A DNA stretch of 64,000 bases from Octopus vulgaris (Eukaryota), in NCBI GenBank assembly GCA_951406725.2, contig OX597839.1, forward strand, positions 31,124,001 through 31,188,000, read 5' to 3'. Below are positions 24,901-34,190 of the stretch, one piece after another. A program made the translations under genes and the position numbers. A model generated the notes under the pieces. It made no database searches. It was given only the letters and a program-made list of their open reading frames with translations, and was not told the origin of the DNA. Every line of letters starts with the position of its first letter. Position 1 is the first letter of the stretch.

Positions 24901-27843
24901 GGAATGTGAACACATGGTGTATTGCTTACCTTGGAGTATACCATAGTAAGGGCTGGGCCCAGTTTATCCTCTTCTCCACGAAGTGTAATAGTTCCTGAGG
25001 GACTTTCCAAACTTGGTACCTCAACAGATACACCTGTTGCTTCCAGAATCTCCTGGATATTAGCTCTCTTCTGACCAATCACATACTTGTGTTGGCACTT
25101 GCGCACTTCGACGGACACAGGCTGACACTTCTTTTTCTAGAAAAGGGAAAACAACAGAAAGCTTAGAATCACAGCCAATTCTATGTACCTATACATATAT
25201 ATATATATACACACACACATACCAACACATACATAAACCTACACTTATATACAAATCTGTAAACACAGAAACACACAAATATATCCGCATATATATATAT
25301 ATACACACACATACACCTACACATATGTTCCTACACAAACACATATAAATATTCTTTTACTTGTTTCAACCATTTGACTGCAGCCATGCTGGAGCACTAC
25401 CTTTATATACCTACACGTATTTATATACACAGCCACAAACGGTCAGTCTTCTTCGTCACTTTCTCACTTTATCATCTCTAAATGCTTTATTTCATTCTTC
25501 ATTCTGTTTGGCACTTTTTTCCTTATAATCTAACCACGAAGATAGAACTGTCATTTACAGCCAACTTAACCCATTTTTGTCTATTTCTTCATTATTGCAT
25601 CTCTGGGTTTAGTTTCGTCTGTAAACTGCTGAAAATACCATACTGGTTTGGGTGTGCATTCTCATACTGAATGAAATAATGAGAGGATCTTACAAAGGAC
25701 TTGTTTAAACAATCAGCTGAGGAGGTGCTTTTACACCTTGGATGGATGACAATAATTACACAACTCCTCATCAATGTGGGTGGTGTTAGGAAGACATGTC
25801 CATCTGACCTGTTTAGGAATTCAATAACTGAATAAGAAGTGACGTGGATGGTAATGATCCTTCTAACCCATGCCAGCATGGAAAGTGAATGTAAAATGAT
25901 GAAGGGTGAGTGAGGGGATAAAGCAGGACCTGTGGTGTACCCAAAATGGAGACCATTGTTGACAGTAACACTTATAAAAGTCTGTCCCCTAGACACAGAA
26001 GAATTGAAAGAAACTACAAAAACAGGGGTCAAATGACATTCCTAATAATGCTGGTAAATAAGGGCCAATAGTATTGTAAAGGGAACCAGATTACTGGTGA
26101 GTGTTGCTATGCAATATTAAAACAGTCTTTGACAAGACATGGTTCTACATTGGATTACCTTCTCTTCCAAAGTCTTCAGGATGAAGCTTTTTGCCTTCAT
26201 CACACCTTCCTTCTCTCCAGAAACCACAATCTCGTCTTTCATTACACTCGGTGGTGGCACGTTAATGCGGACGTTTGTAGAATCCATGAGAGATTTGATG
26301 TTGTTGTTGTGAGGTCCACAAATGAAAGGGTGATAGATCTTTGGAACAGGTATACGTTCAAAAGCCAGTTTAGCCTTTAAAGACAACGACAAAGGAAAAA
26401 AAATAAAACGTGTGTAAACAACAGTAAAAGAAGCAAATATAAACAAACATACATTATAGTCCAAGTGAAAGAAATATATACAGGTATGTATTCAGATATC
26501 AGCATACAGGTAAGAAGTTCTTTCATCGTAATTCTTTATAAGAACCATTTGTTGAAATATCTTTGAAAAACCAGCTTAACCCTTTTGCTACTGTATTTAT
26601 TTTGAGATGCTTTCTGTTTCTTTCAATTAATTTTAAATATAACAAAGAATTTAGTAAAACAACTTAGTTATCATTAAGTTGGTATTAGGAACAAAAATTG
26701 TGACTAAGGTTTGGTGGAAGATTTTCATTCAAAACTTATGAAAACAAGACATTTGTACTACAGCGCCAGTGGCAGTTTCAGCCAGGTTGGTATCGAAAGG
26801 GTTAATTATGAAGTTCATTACTCTAGTAAATTCCTCCAAATTCTTGATTATTTCTCTAAATTAAAACCTAGATGATGTATTTCATGAGAAATATTGCTAC
26901 AAAAGGGTTGAGTTTGAGTTCAGTTTTCTGCGATGCAATGAAAAAGAAGCAAAATGTCTTGACATACCTGTTCGTCTGAAGTGCACTGTATTTCATGGCG
27001 GGCTTTCTCGACACCTTCTTTTGTGCCAACAATACGAATGATGTCTGTGTTATCAGCGCGAGGGATTATAATCTTTGTGGCAGTGTTCAGCTCAAGTTCC
27101 TGCAATTTCTTTCCATTTTTCCCCAAAATAAATCGATGGTGTTCTTTAGGAATTTTAATTGCATAACTTGCCTAAAACATGAAGGAGAAAAACTAATTGA
27201 AATTGATGCCTGTGTTGGTGTGTGCCTAATTAAGGAGGAGGAACAAATAATTTACATATGTCTGTGTTTGATTCATCAACAAGGAGTAGCAACTAATTAG
27301 CATAGGTAAATGTTTAATGAACTAATGAGGAGTAACAATTTATGCATGCAGTATTTTGTTTGGTGTATTAACAAGAAGTAGTAATAAATTTACATATGTC
27401 AGTGCTTGATGCATTAATGAGGAGTAGTAATTAATTTACATAGAGTTTGACAATTGACTCAAAGAACCTTGTAACCAACGACATAATTGTCTGTCAATTT
27501 CAATACAAAACAAACAAATGGATCTAATGACAGACAAACTAGACATTGGTATGTGTCCTTAGCTAGCAGCCGAGTGAATGATTTAGCTTGAAGGAATAAA
27601 TGAAAAAGATATTACCAATAATTAGCTAATAGCTTAGAAACAGAACAATAAGGTAAAGGTAGGGGTGAGAGAGAAACTGTTGCTTTAAAACTGTAGCTCA
27701 ATAATTAACTAATGAGAGACAAATGGATATGGAATTGTGACAAAGATGGGGTAGGTTTTCTATTTACATCTACAAAAGGGTCTCTCAACAATTTCTTTTG
27801 TTTCATGACCCATTTTGCTATATATATCATCATCATCATCATC

Positions 27844-27881
<38 letters not shown>

Positions 27882-30800
27882 CAGAGTAACACAATGACCA
27901 AGTGTTTCGTGTATTAGCACTTACCAAACTAACACACAAAACTCTCGACCCCTGAGTCACTCTGATACTTCTGCTATATATTAATAGAATATATATATAT
28001 ATATATATACACACTCAGGTTTTGAGTTCTATTTTTCCCTGTTTGCATTACCAAACCTCTCTCTCTATATATACACGTTATTATATATATATATATATAA
28101 AACACGGAGTGGTTGGCGTTAGGAAGGGCATCCAGCTGTAGAAAGACTGCCAGATCAGACTGGAGCCTGGTGCAGACTCATGGCTTCCCAGACCCTGGTC
28201 GAACTGTCCAACCCATGCTAGCATGGAAAACAGACGTTAAGTGATGATGAAATATATGTATATATAAAACCTCTATGTTTATATATCCTCCTCTCCTACC
28301 GTGCTCTCTACACACTCTAACTAACTTCTCCACATGTTAACATGTACCTCCTTGTGACAATGTAAACTTTCATTTAATCAAGACGTCCTTGGCCTGAAGA
28401 GTAGCCATCAGTATACGCCTCGCTTGGATATTTACCACTTCTGAAGTTCTACTCACTATGAAACATATGTAGCCTGGATCTTATCTACTCCATTCTACAA
28501 CACTTGTGTGTGTGTGTGTGTATATATACAAATATATGTATGCATACAAACACACACAACCTTGATGGTAGAGAAATGTAAATATAAAATAATATCCATA
28601 TCCAAAGTTAAAGTTAATATTCTAGAAAATTATAATTTATATTTACTCATTTCAAACATTTAAATATTTAATGAGATTAAATTAATTAACAACTACAATC
28701 AAACAATAATACTTCCAGAAATCTTTGCACCAACGAATCGAGTGAGTTACAAACACAATGTTGTAAAAATGAGAAATAGTTTTCCTGTGACATGCACAAC
28801 AACGATAAGCATATTTGTGTTTGAATCTACCAGAATATAATTAAGAATAAATATGCAGATCATTATGCTTAACAAGGCTAAACTAATCAATAACTATAAT
28901 AAAACAGTTAGATATTTAATGAGACTAATTTAAGCTGAACAATTACAGGTGGAAGGAAGAAGCAAGCAATGTTTTGTGTGTACCTGTGTTTGCAGTTCCG
29001 AAACTACTTCACGACGGGCTTTCATGACATCATCAGGTTTTCCACTGATGACAACAGTCAAACTTTGATCTTTAGCCAAACTCATCTCAATGGATACACC
29101 TGGAACAGGTGAGGAAAATAAATAAAAAAACAATACAACGAAAATATTAAATACATTTAAAGATGAATAAAAAGAATGGGGCGAGGCTGCTGGGTACGTG
29201 AGATGTCAGTGACATGGATGAGGGAAAGAGAAGCTGGTATGGGTCAGATGGCTTGACAGGAGCTGGTAAAGCCAGGGGCCGCTAGGTTCCAGAGTCTCTT
29301 AGTCAAGTGTCTTCTGCTATAGCTCCAGGTCAACCAAAGCCTTGAGGGGATTTGGTAGATTGAACCCATGGTTGGAAGGCAAGCTGCTTGACCACACATC
29401 CCTGCCTGAGCCTATCAGTACTGAGTCCTCTCTCAGACAAGTAACTCAGAGTACCTCCTATCAGAAAGCTACTTCAGTGATGGAAAATCATAACAGAGAC
29501 TCCATTGTAAAATGGTGATGTTGTACAGCATCAGGTCAGGCCTGACTGTCTAAGCATAGCAATCAAATGAATTCCAGCCATGACCACCATGTCTTTTTAT
29601 ATATCTGGAACTAAAATGCATAATATGTTCTTGCTTTCCTTTTAACCCTTTAGTGTTCGCATTATTCTACCAAAATTAATGCTTTTTCATCCACTTTGTT
29701 TTGAACTAATCAGGCATTATCTTGTAGCTTTGAGATTTTGATGAGATAGCTGTTAATTTTTAAAACGATAGTGTAGGGTTGGTGTGAGAGACCAGATCTG
29801 GCCAGTTTGAACATAAAACAGGCAGAATACTTTTGGCCAGATATGGCCGGTTTAAATGCTAAAGGGTTAAGGCAATATAGAATACCGTAAATCCTCATTT
29901 CCCCCCCAAAATTTAAAGGTCAAAATCCCTAGTGCGTACTATATACGAAGTTAAAAATGAAAAATATTTTCTAAGCAATGTCCGAGTTTCTATTTGCTGT
30001 TCGGCAATGTTTATTCAGACGCATTTTGTGATGTCAGGCGCGAAAATACCTTAAGCTAAGCCTGAAAGCAATGAAGTCATAAAAGAATCATCCATAACTT
30101 GCAGTAAGCAACATTTATTAAACATTATTACTGTTATTTCTTTATTTTCTGGAAACAAAATGCACAAAAAAGCTACACGTTTGCATTATGTTATATATAC
30201 AATAATAATAAAGGACGTTAGCGTATACATTTTTACAAACCAAGGACATTATACAGAACTCCTTGACTGAAGTTAGAGAAGGGGTGCGTATTATACACAA
30301 GGTTTAGGTTTTTCAGAGGTACAGCCCCCTAAAAATCCTCTGCGTATTATACTCAAGGGTGGACTATACTCGAGGATTTACGGTAATTTTGAAGATATGT
30401 AGCTGCTATTTCTAGCAGGCTGAGTGGCCACAGGGGCATCCTCGCAAGTTCATCCTGGTTGTATGTACTTTTATTGACAATATACTGTCAAGGTGAACCA
30501 CAAAGTTGCATTACATTAACTTTGGCCTTTGTTAGGTGTTGCACAATGGAATTGAACCTGAAACTACATGACTGGGAAGCAAACTTCTAAACCAACCCTT
30601 CATCATGCCTCTACCTAAATATAATTCAAGTCATACATGTTGTCTTCAAAAATGAATGACACATTAGATAATGTAATCCCAGATACATTTAGGAAGGTAA
30701 AAACAAAGACACAGGGGGGGATCACAATCAGGGAGCCTTTTTTATGCTGGATCTGCTTGAAGTGACTGACTTTTGGGGCCCAACTCACCAGTTTTTTGCA

Positions 30801-32477
30801 TAATATCACGGCAGATCTTGGCCTGTTCACCTTCCTCTCCAAAACTGTGTTCATTGATCTCCTTAAAACGCCTCTCTTCAAGAGGAACGGTGAAAATCTG
30901 AAAAAGAAGAGCAGAAAGAGTTAAGAAATGGAACTATTTCAAAGGAACAAAGTAAAAATACATACATACAACATCAGCAGCAGCATTTAAGGCCTGTTTT
31001 CCATGCTGGCATGGGTTGGACGGTTTGGCTGGAGCAGGTTCCAAGGCATCTGCTTTGGCATGGGTTCTAAGACTGGATACCCTTCCTATTGCCATCCACA
31101 TAACAGAATGGGATGGGTGCTTTTTACGTGACACCAGCACAGGTACTTCAGATGTGGCACTTCTTACTTGGCACCAGCACCGGTGCTTTGTAAGTGGCAC
31201 CAGCACCGGTGCTTTGTAAGTGGCACCAATACTGGCATGGGTTAGATGGTTTGACAGGATCTGGTGACGCCAAGATCCAGTGTCAACTTCAACATGGTTT
31301 CTACAGCTGGGTACTCTTCCTAACACCAACCGCTTGCCCAAGGTGTCACACAGTGGACTGAACTGACTGAAAAATGGATTTCTCCACCACAGCCATATCT
31401 GCACCAGTGTACATCTGCGCACAAAGTAAGGTACAAGTGGTGCACATATTAAGGACTATTAGACAACACCAATCATGTTATCGGGCTCAGACTTGAGAGA
31501 GCCAACTTCAACAAAGACTTGGAAGCGATTGTGAGTTCAAACCCTGTCACTGCAGTACAAAGTCCCGGAAGAGAAAATGGGAAATGCAACCAAGGAACTT
31601 CGACTGAACAGATTCGGAAGAACCAGGAGAATTACTGAGGTTGGTGATGATGGAATGAATAAATTAGAGCCAGGTCAATTAAAGTTGTTTGTTAATTGGT
31701 CAATGGTTCAAAGCTTTAGAAGTTTCGGCTCTCATCCAGGTTAGACAAAGTCTTCAGTGGTGCCAACTCAATACAATTTAGAGTTTACCAATTCCACATT
31801 ACAAGAGAACTTTTATCTTTTGGTTGTTTCAGTCATTTGATTGTGGCCATGCTGGAGCACTGCCTCGAGGAATTTTTAGTCAAATGAATCAAACCCAGGA
31901 GATCTTTTTCTAGCCTGGTACTTATTCTATCGGTCTCTTTTGCTGAACAGCTAAGTTATGGGGACATAAACAAACCAACACTAGTTGTCAAGTGGTGGTG
32001 GGGAGGGGGACAAACACAAACCTACACACATATATACAATGGGCTTCTTTCGGTTTCTGTCTACCAAATCCACTCACAAGTCTTTGGTTGGCCAAAGTAG
32101 AAGACACTCGCCCAGGGTGCCATGCAGTGGGATTGAACTCAGAACCATGTGGTTGGGAAGCCAACTTCTTATTAAACAGGCACTCATACACCCAAGATCG
32201 AGAGAATTCTTGAGGGTCAACTCCACAGGACATTCTCTCAGAAGCTGATGAATTCCCTACGACACAGGAAAGGCTGAAGAATAAAAGAGAAGAAGCAGGA
32301 CATGTCTCGTCTCACCTGTGTTGTTTTGGTACAGCGTCGTGCAAATTTATTCTCTCCATGGGAGGCATTGGTAGCTGGCAAGTCATTCTTGTCTGAGAGA
32401 AGGGCAGGAAAAGCCTCATCGTAGGTTTGCGGCTCGTAAGCCTCATCCTCAATATTGGTAACCACCTCAGTCGCCAT
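3074..32477 (-). CDS. HDLBP: Vigilin / high-density lipoprotein-binding protein (multi-KH RNA-binding protein), complete spliced CDS, 23 coding exons, 3750 nt, 1249 aa
   Basis: Manually joined exons (all GT-AG, phases compatible) give one open frame from MATEVVTNIE... to ...AWGPLKRK*. About 15 tandem KH repeats (HxxIIGxxG), N-terminal TYDEAFPAL and C-terminal DAPW...DEFPSFG...AWGP motifs match vigilin. Confidence 0.97.
3855..4073 (-). CDS. HDLBP: vigilin coding exon 22 (219 nt, one KH)
   Basis: EDMSSINVKIDPRVHPRIIGTKG...FEEEY; gcag| and |GTAAGT. Confidence 0.95.
4912..5130 (-). CDS. HDLBP: vigilin coding exon 21 (219 nt, one KH)
   Basis: LLRSYKLEVEVDSQYHPKIIGRKG...IVHEL; ttcag| and |GTAGGT. 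Confidence 0.95.
6341..6580 (-). CDS. HDLBP: vigilin coding exon 20 (240 nt)
   Basis: ALVPITLEVEVPFEFHRFIIGQKG...EKQDR; ctag| and |GTACGT. Confidence 0.95.
7831..7997 (-). CDS. HDLBP: vigilin coding exon 19 (167 nt)
   Basis: ERVTITPPEDD...TDVILITGKPENCEEAKKALL; ccag| and |GTGAGT. Confidence 0.92.
8093..8323 (-). mobile_element. tRNA-derived SINE family B, full copy
   Basis: Head GGCGGCGAGCTGGCAGAA, B-box GAGTTCAAATTC, core GCCTTTCATCCTTTCGGGGTC; related copies at about 12.2, 23.1, 36.9, 39.0, 43.5, 46.3, 46.5, 48.2 and 50.5 kb. Confidence 0.85.
10153..10291 (-). CDS. HDLBP: vigilin coding exon 18 (139 nt)
   Basis: DAQVVVECVIAQKYHRTVMGARG...FPDRPVNG; gtag| and |GTAAAG, phase 1. Confidence 0.94.
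11312..11530 (-). CDS. HDLBP: vigilin coding exon 17 (219 nt, KH with ARRG loop)
   Basis: DNIVEGEINVDPKHHRYFVARRGG...EIVADL; ccag| and |GTGAGC. Confidence 0.95.
11585..11932. repeat. degenerate (GTA/GTG)n trinucleotide array
   Basis: Direct inspection; fills most of intron 16. Confidence 0.85.
12003..12137 (-). CDS. HDLBP: vigilin coding exon 16 (135 nt)
   Basis: VREKTGARVIFPNEHDSDPELISVIGKKESVEQAKEELENLIKNL; tag| and |GTGAGT. Confidence 0.95.
13133..13219 (-). CDS. HDLBP: vigilin coding exon 15 (87 nt)
   Basis: QLSSYTATIRAKPAYHKFLIGTGGSKIKK; gtag| and |GTGAGT. Confidence 0.95.
13316..13486. repeat. about 48-bp near-perfect inverted repeat
   Basis: TATTCTGTTG-TCTGGGGAGAGTCATTTTCTTTTTGTGCCTTAT versus its reverse complement at 13436-13480. 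Confidence 0.9.
14397..14743 (-). mobile_element. 3' fragment of R4/Dong-clade non-LTR retrotransposon (RLE endonuclease C-terminus plus 3'UTR)
   Basis: 14740-14579 reads KTKTIPVVIGALGMIAKG...EIQKIVLTGTAHILHKILSM*; (TAA)n on both flanks. Confidence 0.8.
14800..15018 (-). CDS. HDLBP: vigilin coding exon 14 (219 nt, one KH)
   Basis: ANIKEITVEIPSKFHNSIIGAKG...ELTSEK; cag| and |GTAGGA. Confidence 0.95.
15480..16060 (-). mobile_element. possible decayed LINE APE-endonuclease remnant
   Basis: FCQSNINGLSSS resembles the APE N-terminal NIRGL motif; heavily disrupted. Confidence 0.35.
16114..16530. mobile_element. two adjacent piggyBac-type MITEs (16114-16278 internally deleted; 16312-16530 complete)
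   Basis: Same family as 29646-29866; TTAA|CCC...AAAGGG|TTAA; a further partial copy starts at 13553. Confidence 0.8.
16615..16746 (-). CDS. HDLBP: vigilin coding exon 13 (132 nt)
   Basis: IRDETDTRIELPHENMNSDMIIITGKKANVELAKKKIEAIQKDL; gtag| and |GTAAGG. Confidence 0.95.
17457..17647. mobile_element. Tigger/pogo-like MITE
   Basis: TA|CAGCAATCCCT ... AGGGATTACT; same family as 18643-19044. Confidence 0.65.
17915..18001 (-). CDS. HDLBP: vigilin coding exon 12 (87 nt)
   Basis: VTNNYQAQVQIFKEFHKNIIGKGGATIKK; cag| and |GTAATT. Confidence 0.95.
18333..18551 (-). CDS. HDLBP: vigilin coding exon 11 (219 nt, one KH)
   Basis: ENEKSRDIIIEQRFHKTIIGARG...QYQQEL; tag| and |GTCAGT. Confidence 0.95.
18643..19044. 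mobile_element. Tigger/pogo-like MITE interrupted by a family-A SINE (about 18779-18985)
   Basis: Ends CCGTAATCCCTC / GAGGTGTTACCG; both halves align to the 17457 copy. Confidence 0.65.
19455..19594 (-). CDS. HDLBP: vigilin coding exon 10 (140 nt)
   Basis: ISRIKNETGVAIQIPSD...LEMAQRM; ttcag| and |GTAACT. Confidence 0.94.
20525..20912 (+). mobile_element. non-autonomous Helitron
   Basis: A|TCTATATATATAAAG start; 3' imperfect hairpin CCCGAGCAACACCAGG then CTAA|T (CTRR); inserted between A and T with no target duplication. Confidence 0.75.
21115..21193 (-). CDS. HDLBP: vigilin coding exon 9 (79 nt)
   Basis: RKRMAFAEIEIDQRFHKHIIGKNGAN; tgcag| and |GTAAGT, phase 1. Confidence 0.94.
21486..21868 (+). 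mobile_element. SINE family A full copy
   Basis: Colinear with 37870-38291. Confidence 0.85.
22476..22580 (-). CDS. HDLBP: vigilin coding exon 8 (105 nt)
   Basis: VHIEFTEGQDKINIEGPPDEVEECVQKLSECIEDL; tag| and |GTAAGT; not in ORF track. Confidence 0.94.
22677..23023. mobile_element. unclassified MITE with about 40-bp imperfect TIRs
   Basis: TATCATTGCTATTATG ... CATAATAGCAATGATA perfect terminal inversion, extending imperfectly inward. Confidence 0.7.
23646..23753 (-). CDS. HDLBP: vigilin coding exon 7 (108 nt)
   Basis: ANSVIVEEVKAPAWLHRFIIGKQGSNIKKITQNTPK; cag| and |GTAAG. Confidence 0.95.
24930..25136 (-). CDS. HDLBP: vigilin coding exon 6 (207 nt, KH with GQKR loop)
   Basis: KKKCQPVSVEVRKCQHKYVIGQKRAN...TMVYSK; ctag| and |GTAAGC. 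Confidence 0.95.
26159..26374 (-). CDS. HDLBP: vigilin coding exon 5 (216 nt, KH with degenerate GPHN loop)
   Basis: AKLAFERIPVPKIYHPFICGPHN...TLEEK; aag| and |GTAATC. Confidence 0.94.
26580..26801. mobile_element. second piggyBac-type MITE family
   Basis: TTAA|CCCTTTTGCTAC ... GTATCGAAAGGG|TTAA. Confidence 0.8.
26968..27171 (-). CDS. HDLBP: vigilin coding exon 4 (204 nt, KH with GKNG)
   Basis: ASYAIKIPKEHHRFILGKNGKK...TSDEQ; tttag| and |GTATGT. Confidence 0.95.
28385..28479 (+). ncRNA. minimal type-I hammerhead ribozyme motif (Penelope-type)
   Basis: GGC-CTGAAGA-GTAG...CTAT-GAAA-CATATG-TA-GCC: core, stems I and II, and palindromic stem III present. Confidence 0.55.
28984..29099 (-). CDS. 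HDLBP: vigilin coding exon 3 (116 nt)
   Basis: GVSIEMSLAKDQSLTVVISGKPDDVMKARREVVSELQTQ; ccag| and |GTACAC. Confidence 0.93.
29646..29866. mobile_element. piggyBac-type MITE
   Basis: TTAA|CCCTTTAG ... CTAAAGGG|TTAA (TTAA target duplication, CCC termini). Confidence 0.85.
29885..30383. mobile_element. Tc2/Kanga-like non-autonomous DNA transposon
   Basis: TA|CCGTAAATCCTC ... GAGGATTTACGG|TA with repeated subterminal TGCGTA(T/C)TATA motifs. Confidence 0.8.
30789..30897 (-). CDS. HDLBP: vigilin coding exon 2 (109 nt)
   Basis: IFTVPLEERRFKEINEHSFGEEGEQAKICRDIMQKT; cag| acceptor, |GTGAG donor, phase 1. Confidence 0.93.
31812..32185 (-). mobile_element. SINE family A copy
   Basis: Colinear with family A consensus. 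Confidence 0.8.
32316..32477 (-). CDS. HDLBP: vigilin coding exon 1 (162 nt; exon incl. 5'UTR begins 32523)
   Basis: ATG at 32477; MATEVVTNIEDEAYEPQTYDEAFPALL...KTTQ; acceptor tttgtttgtag upstream of 32523; donor CAG|GTGAG. Confidence 0.88.
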
Positions 32478-32647
32478 GTCCAGACTCAAGGTCAGTAGAC
32501 AAATCCAAGTCGTACAGTACAAACTACAAACAAACAAGAAGAAAAACAAGTTTAAAGAAATTTCACAATTATATTGAATTCGGTAACGATCTTTGCTATT
32601 GAAAATATTGTGTTTCCCTTTTTTAATATTAATTAGTTTTACCGATA

Positions 32648-32885
32648 TTTTATATATATTATACATACATATATGTATATCATATCTATTATACATACAT
32701 ATATGTATATCATATCTATTATACATACATATATGTATATCATATCTATTATACATACATATATGTATATCATATCTATTATACATACATATTTTATATA
32801 TATTATACATACATATATATATATATATATGTATATCATATATATTATACATACATACATATATTTTATTTATATTATACATACA
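32648..32885. repeat. 30-bp AT-rich tandem repeat
   Basis: TATTATACATACATATATGTATATCATATC about x4 plus degenerate copies. Confidence 0.9.
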
Positions 32886-33371
32886 AATATTATTTCTTTG
32901 TTTATATCTGAGCTGGAAGTTCGACAAAAAGGAAAACCATGTTATGGTTCTCCAGGACATAACAGATGAGTTCAAAACCAGCTGTGTGTGAGAACACCTG
33001 TTATGCAGGTGAACTAATTTTGATAGCTGAGGCAGGTGAAGAATTTGAAAAGAAATGTCATATGGGGAAGAAGAAAAAACTAGGGGTGGGGGGCCTCAGA
33101 GTAAGATTAGCAAATATAAATCTTTTAGAAATTTTCTAAATGACAGGGTTCTACTTGCATACAATGTACTCAGGGTAAACCACGGGTGCCCAAGTTGTTC
33201 TGTAGAGTCACAGACAAGCCTAAAAGAGGAGACGTCCAGTGTAGCTGATGTAAAGGAGTAGCTAAGCCTGGGAGCTGTCATGAAATGAATTCTTCCACCC
33301 CCACCACCATTTCTTGCCATTAGTCAGATGAAGAGGAAATGTAGCATCTGTTGTTGTTATTATTATTATTA

Positions 33372-33972
33372 AGGCGACAATCTGGCAGAATCATAAGCAT
33401 GCCATATGAAATGCTTGGCAGCATTTCATCCATTTTTATATTCTGAGTTCAAATTCCATCAAGGTTGACTTTGCCTTTCATCTTTTTGGGGGTCAATAAA
33501 AGTAGTACCAGTTGACTGCTGGGGCTGATGTAATCAACTATCCACCCCGCCCCTAAAACATTTCAGGCCTTGTGCCTATAAGAAGTCTATTATCATTATC
33601 CCCCCCCCCACACACACACCTGAAAACCACTTTGCCTTTCATCTTTTCGGGGTTGGTAAAATAAATACCAGTGGCACACTGGGGTCAATGTAATTGACTT
33701 ACTCTCTCCCTTGAAATTACTGGCCTTGAACCAAACTTTGAAACCATTATTATTATTAAGGTGGCAAGCTGGTGGAATCGTTAGCACACTGGACAAAATG
33801 CTTAGTGGTATTTCTCCCGTCGCTATGTTCTGAGTTCAAATTCTGCTGAGGTCAACTTTGCCTTTCATCCTTTTGGGGTCGATAAATCAAGTACCAGTGA
33901 AACACTGGGGGTCAATGTAATCAACTACTCCCTTTCCCCACAATTTCAGGCCTTGTGCCTATAGTAGAAAGG

Positions 33973-34004
<32 letters not shown>

Positions 34005-34190
34005 GGCAGTGGGCTGGCAGAATCATTAGCATGCTGGGCGAAATGCTTATCAGCATTTCATTTGTCTTTACGTTCTGAGTTCAAATTCCACTAAGGTCGA
34101 CTTTGCCTTTCATCCTTTCGGGGTCGATTAAATAAGTACCAGTTATGCACTGGGGTCAATTTAATCAATTTGCCCTTGTAGCAAAATTTG
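33372..34190 (+). mobile_element. tandem cluster of four family-B SINEs separated by (TTA)n or short spacers
   Basis: Core GCCTTTCATC...GGGG repeated at about 33.47, 33.63, 33.86 and 34.10 kb. Confidence 0.8.

Noticed and set aside
32478-32975. N-terminal extension of the 245-aa ORF with repeated CMYNRYDIHI units
   Set aside because: Read-through of a 30-bp intronic tandem repeat upstream of a clear acceptor at 32523; vigilin similarity starts at 32477.
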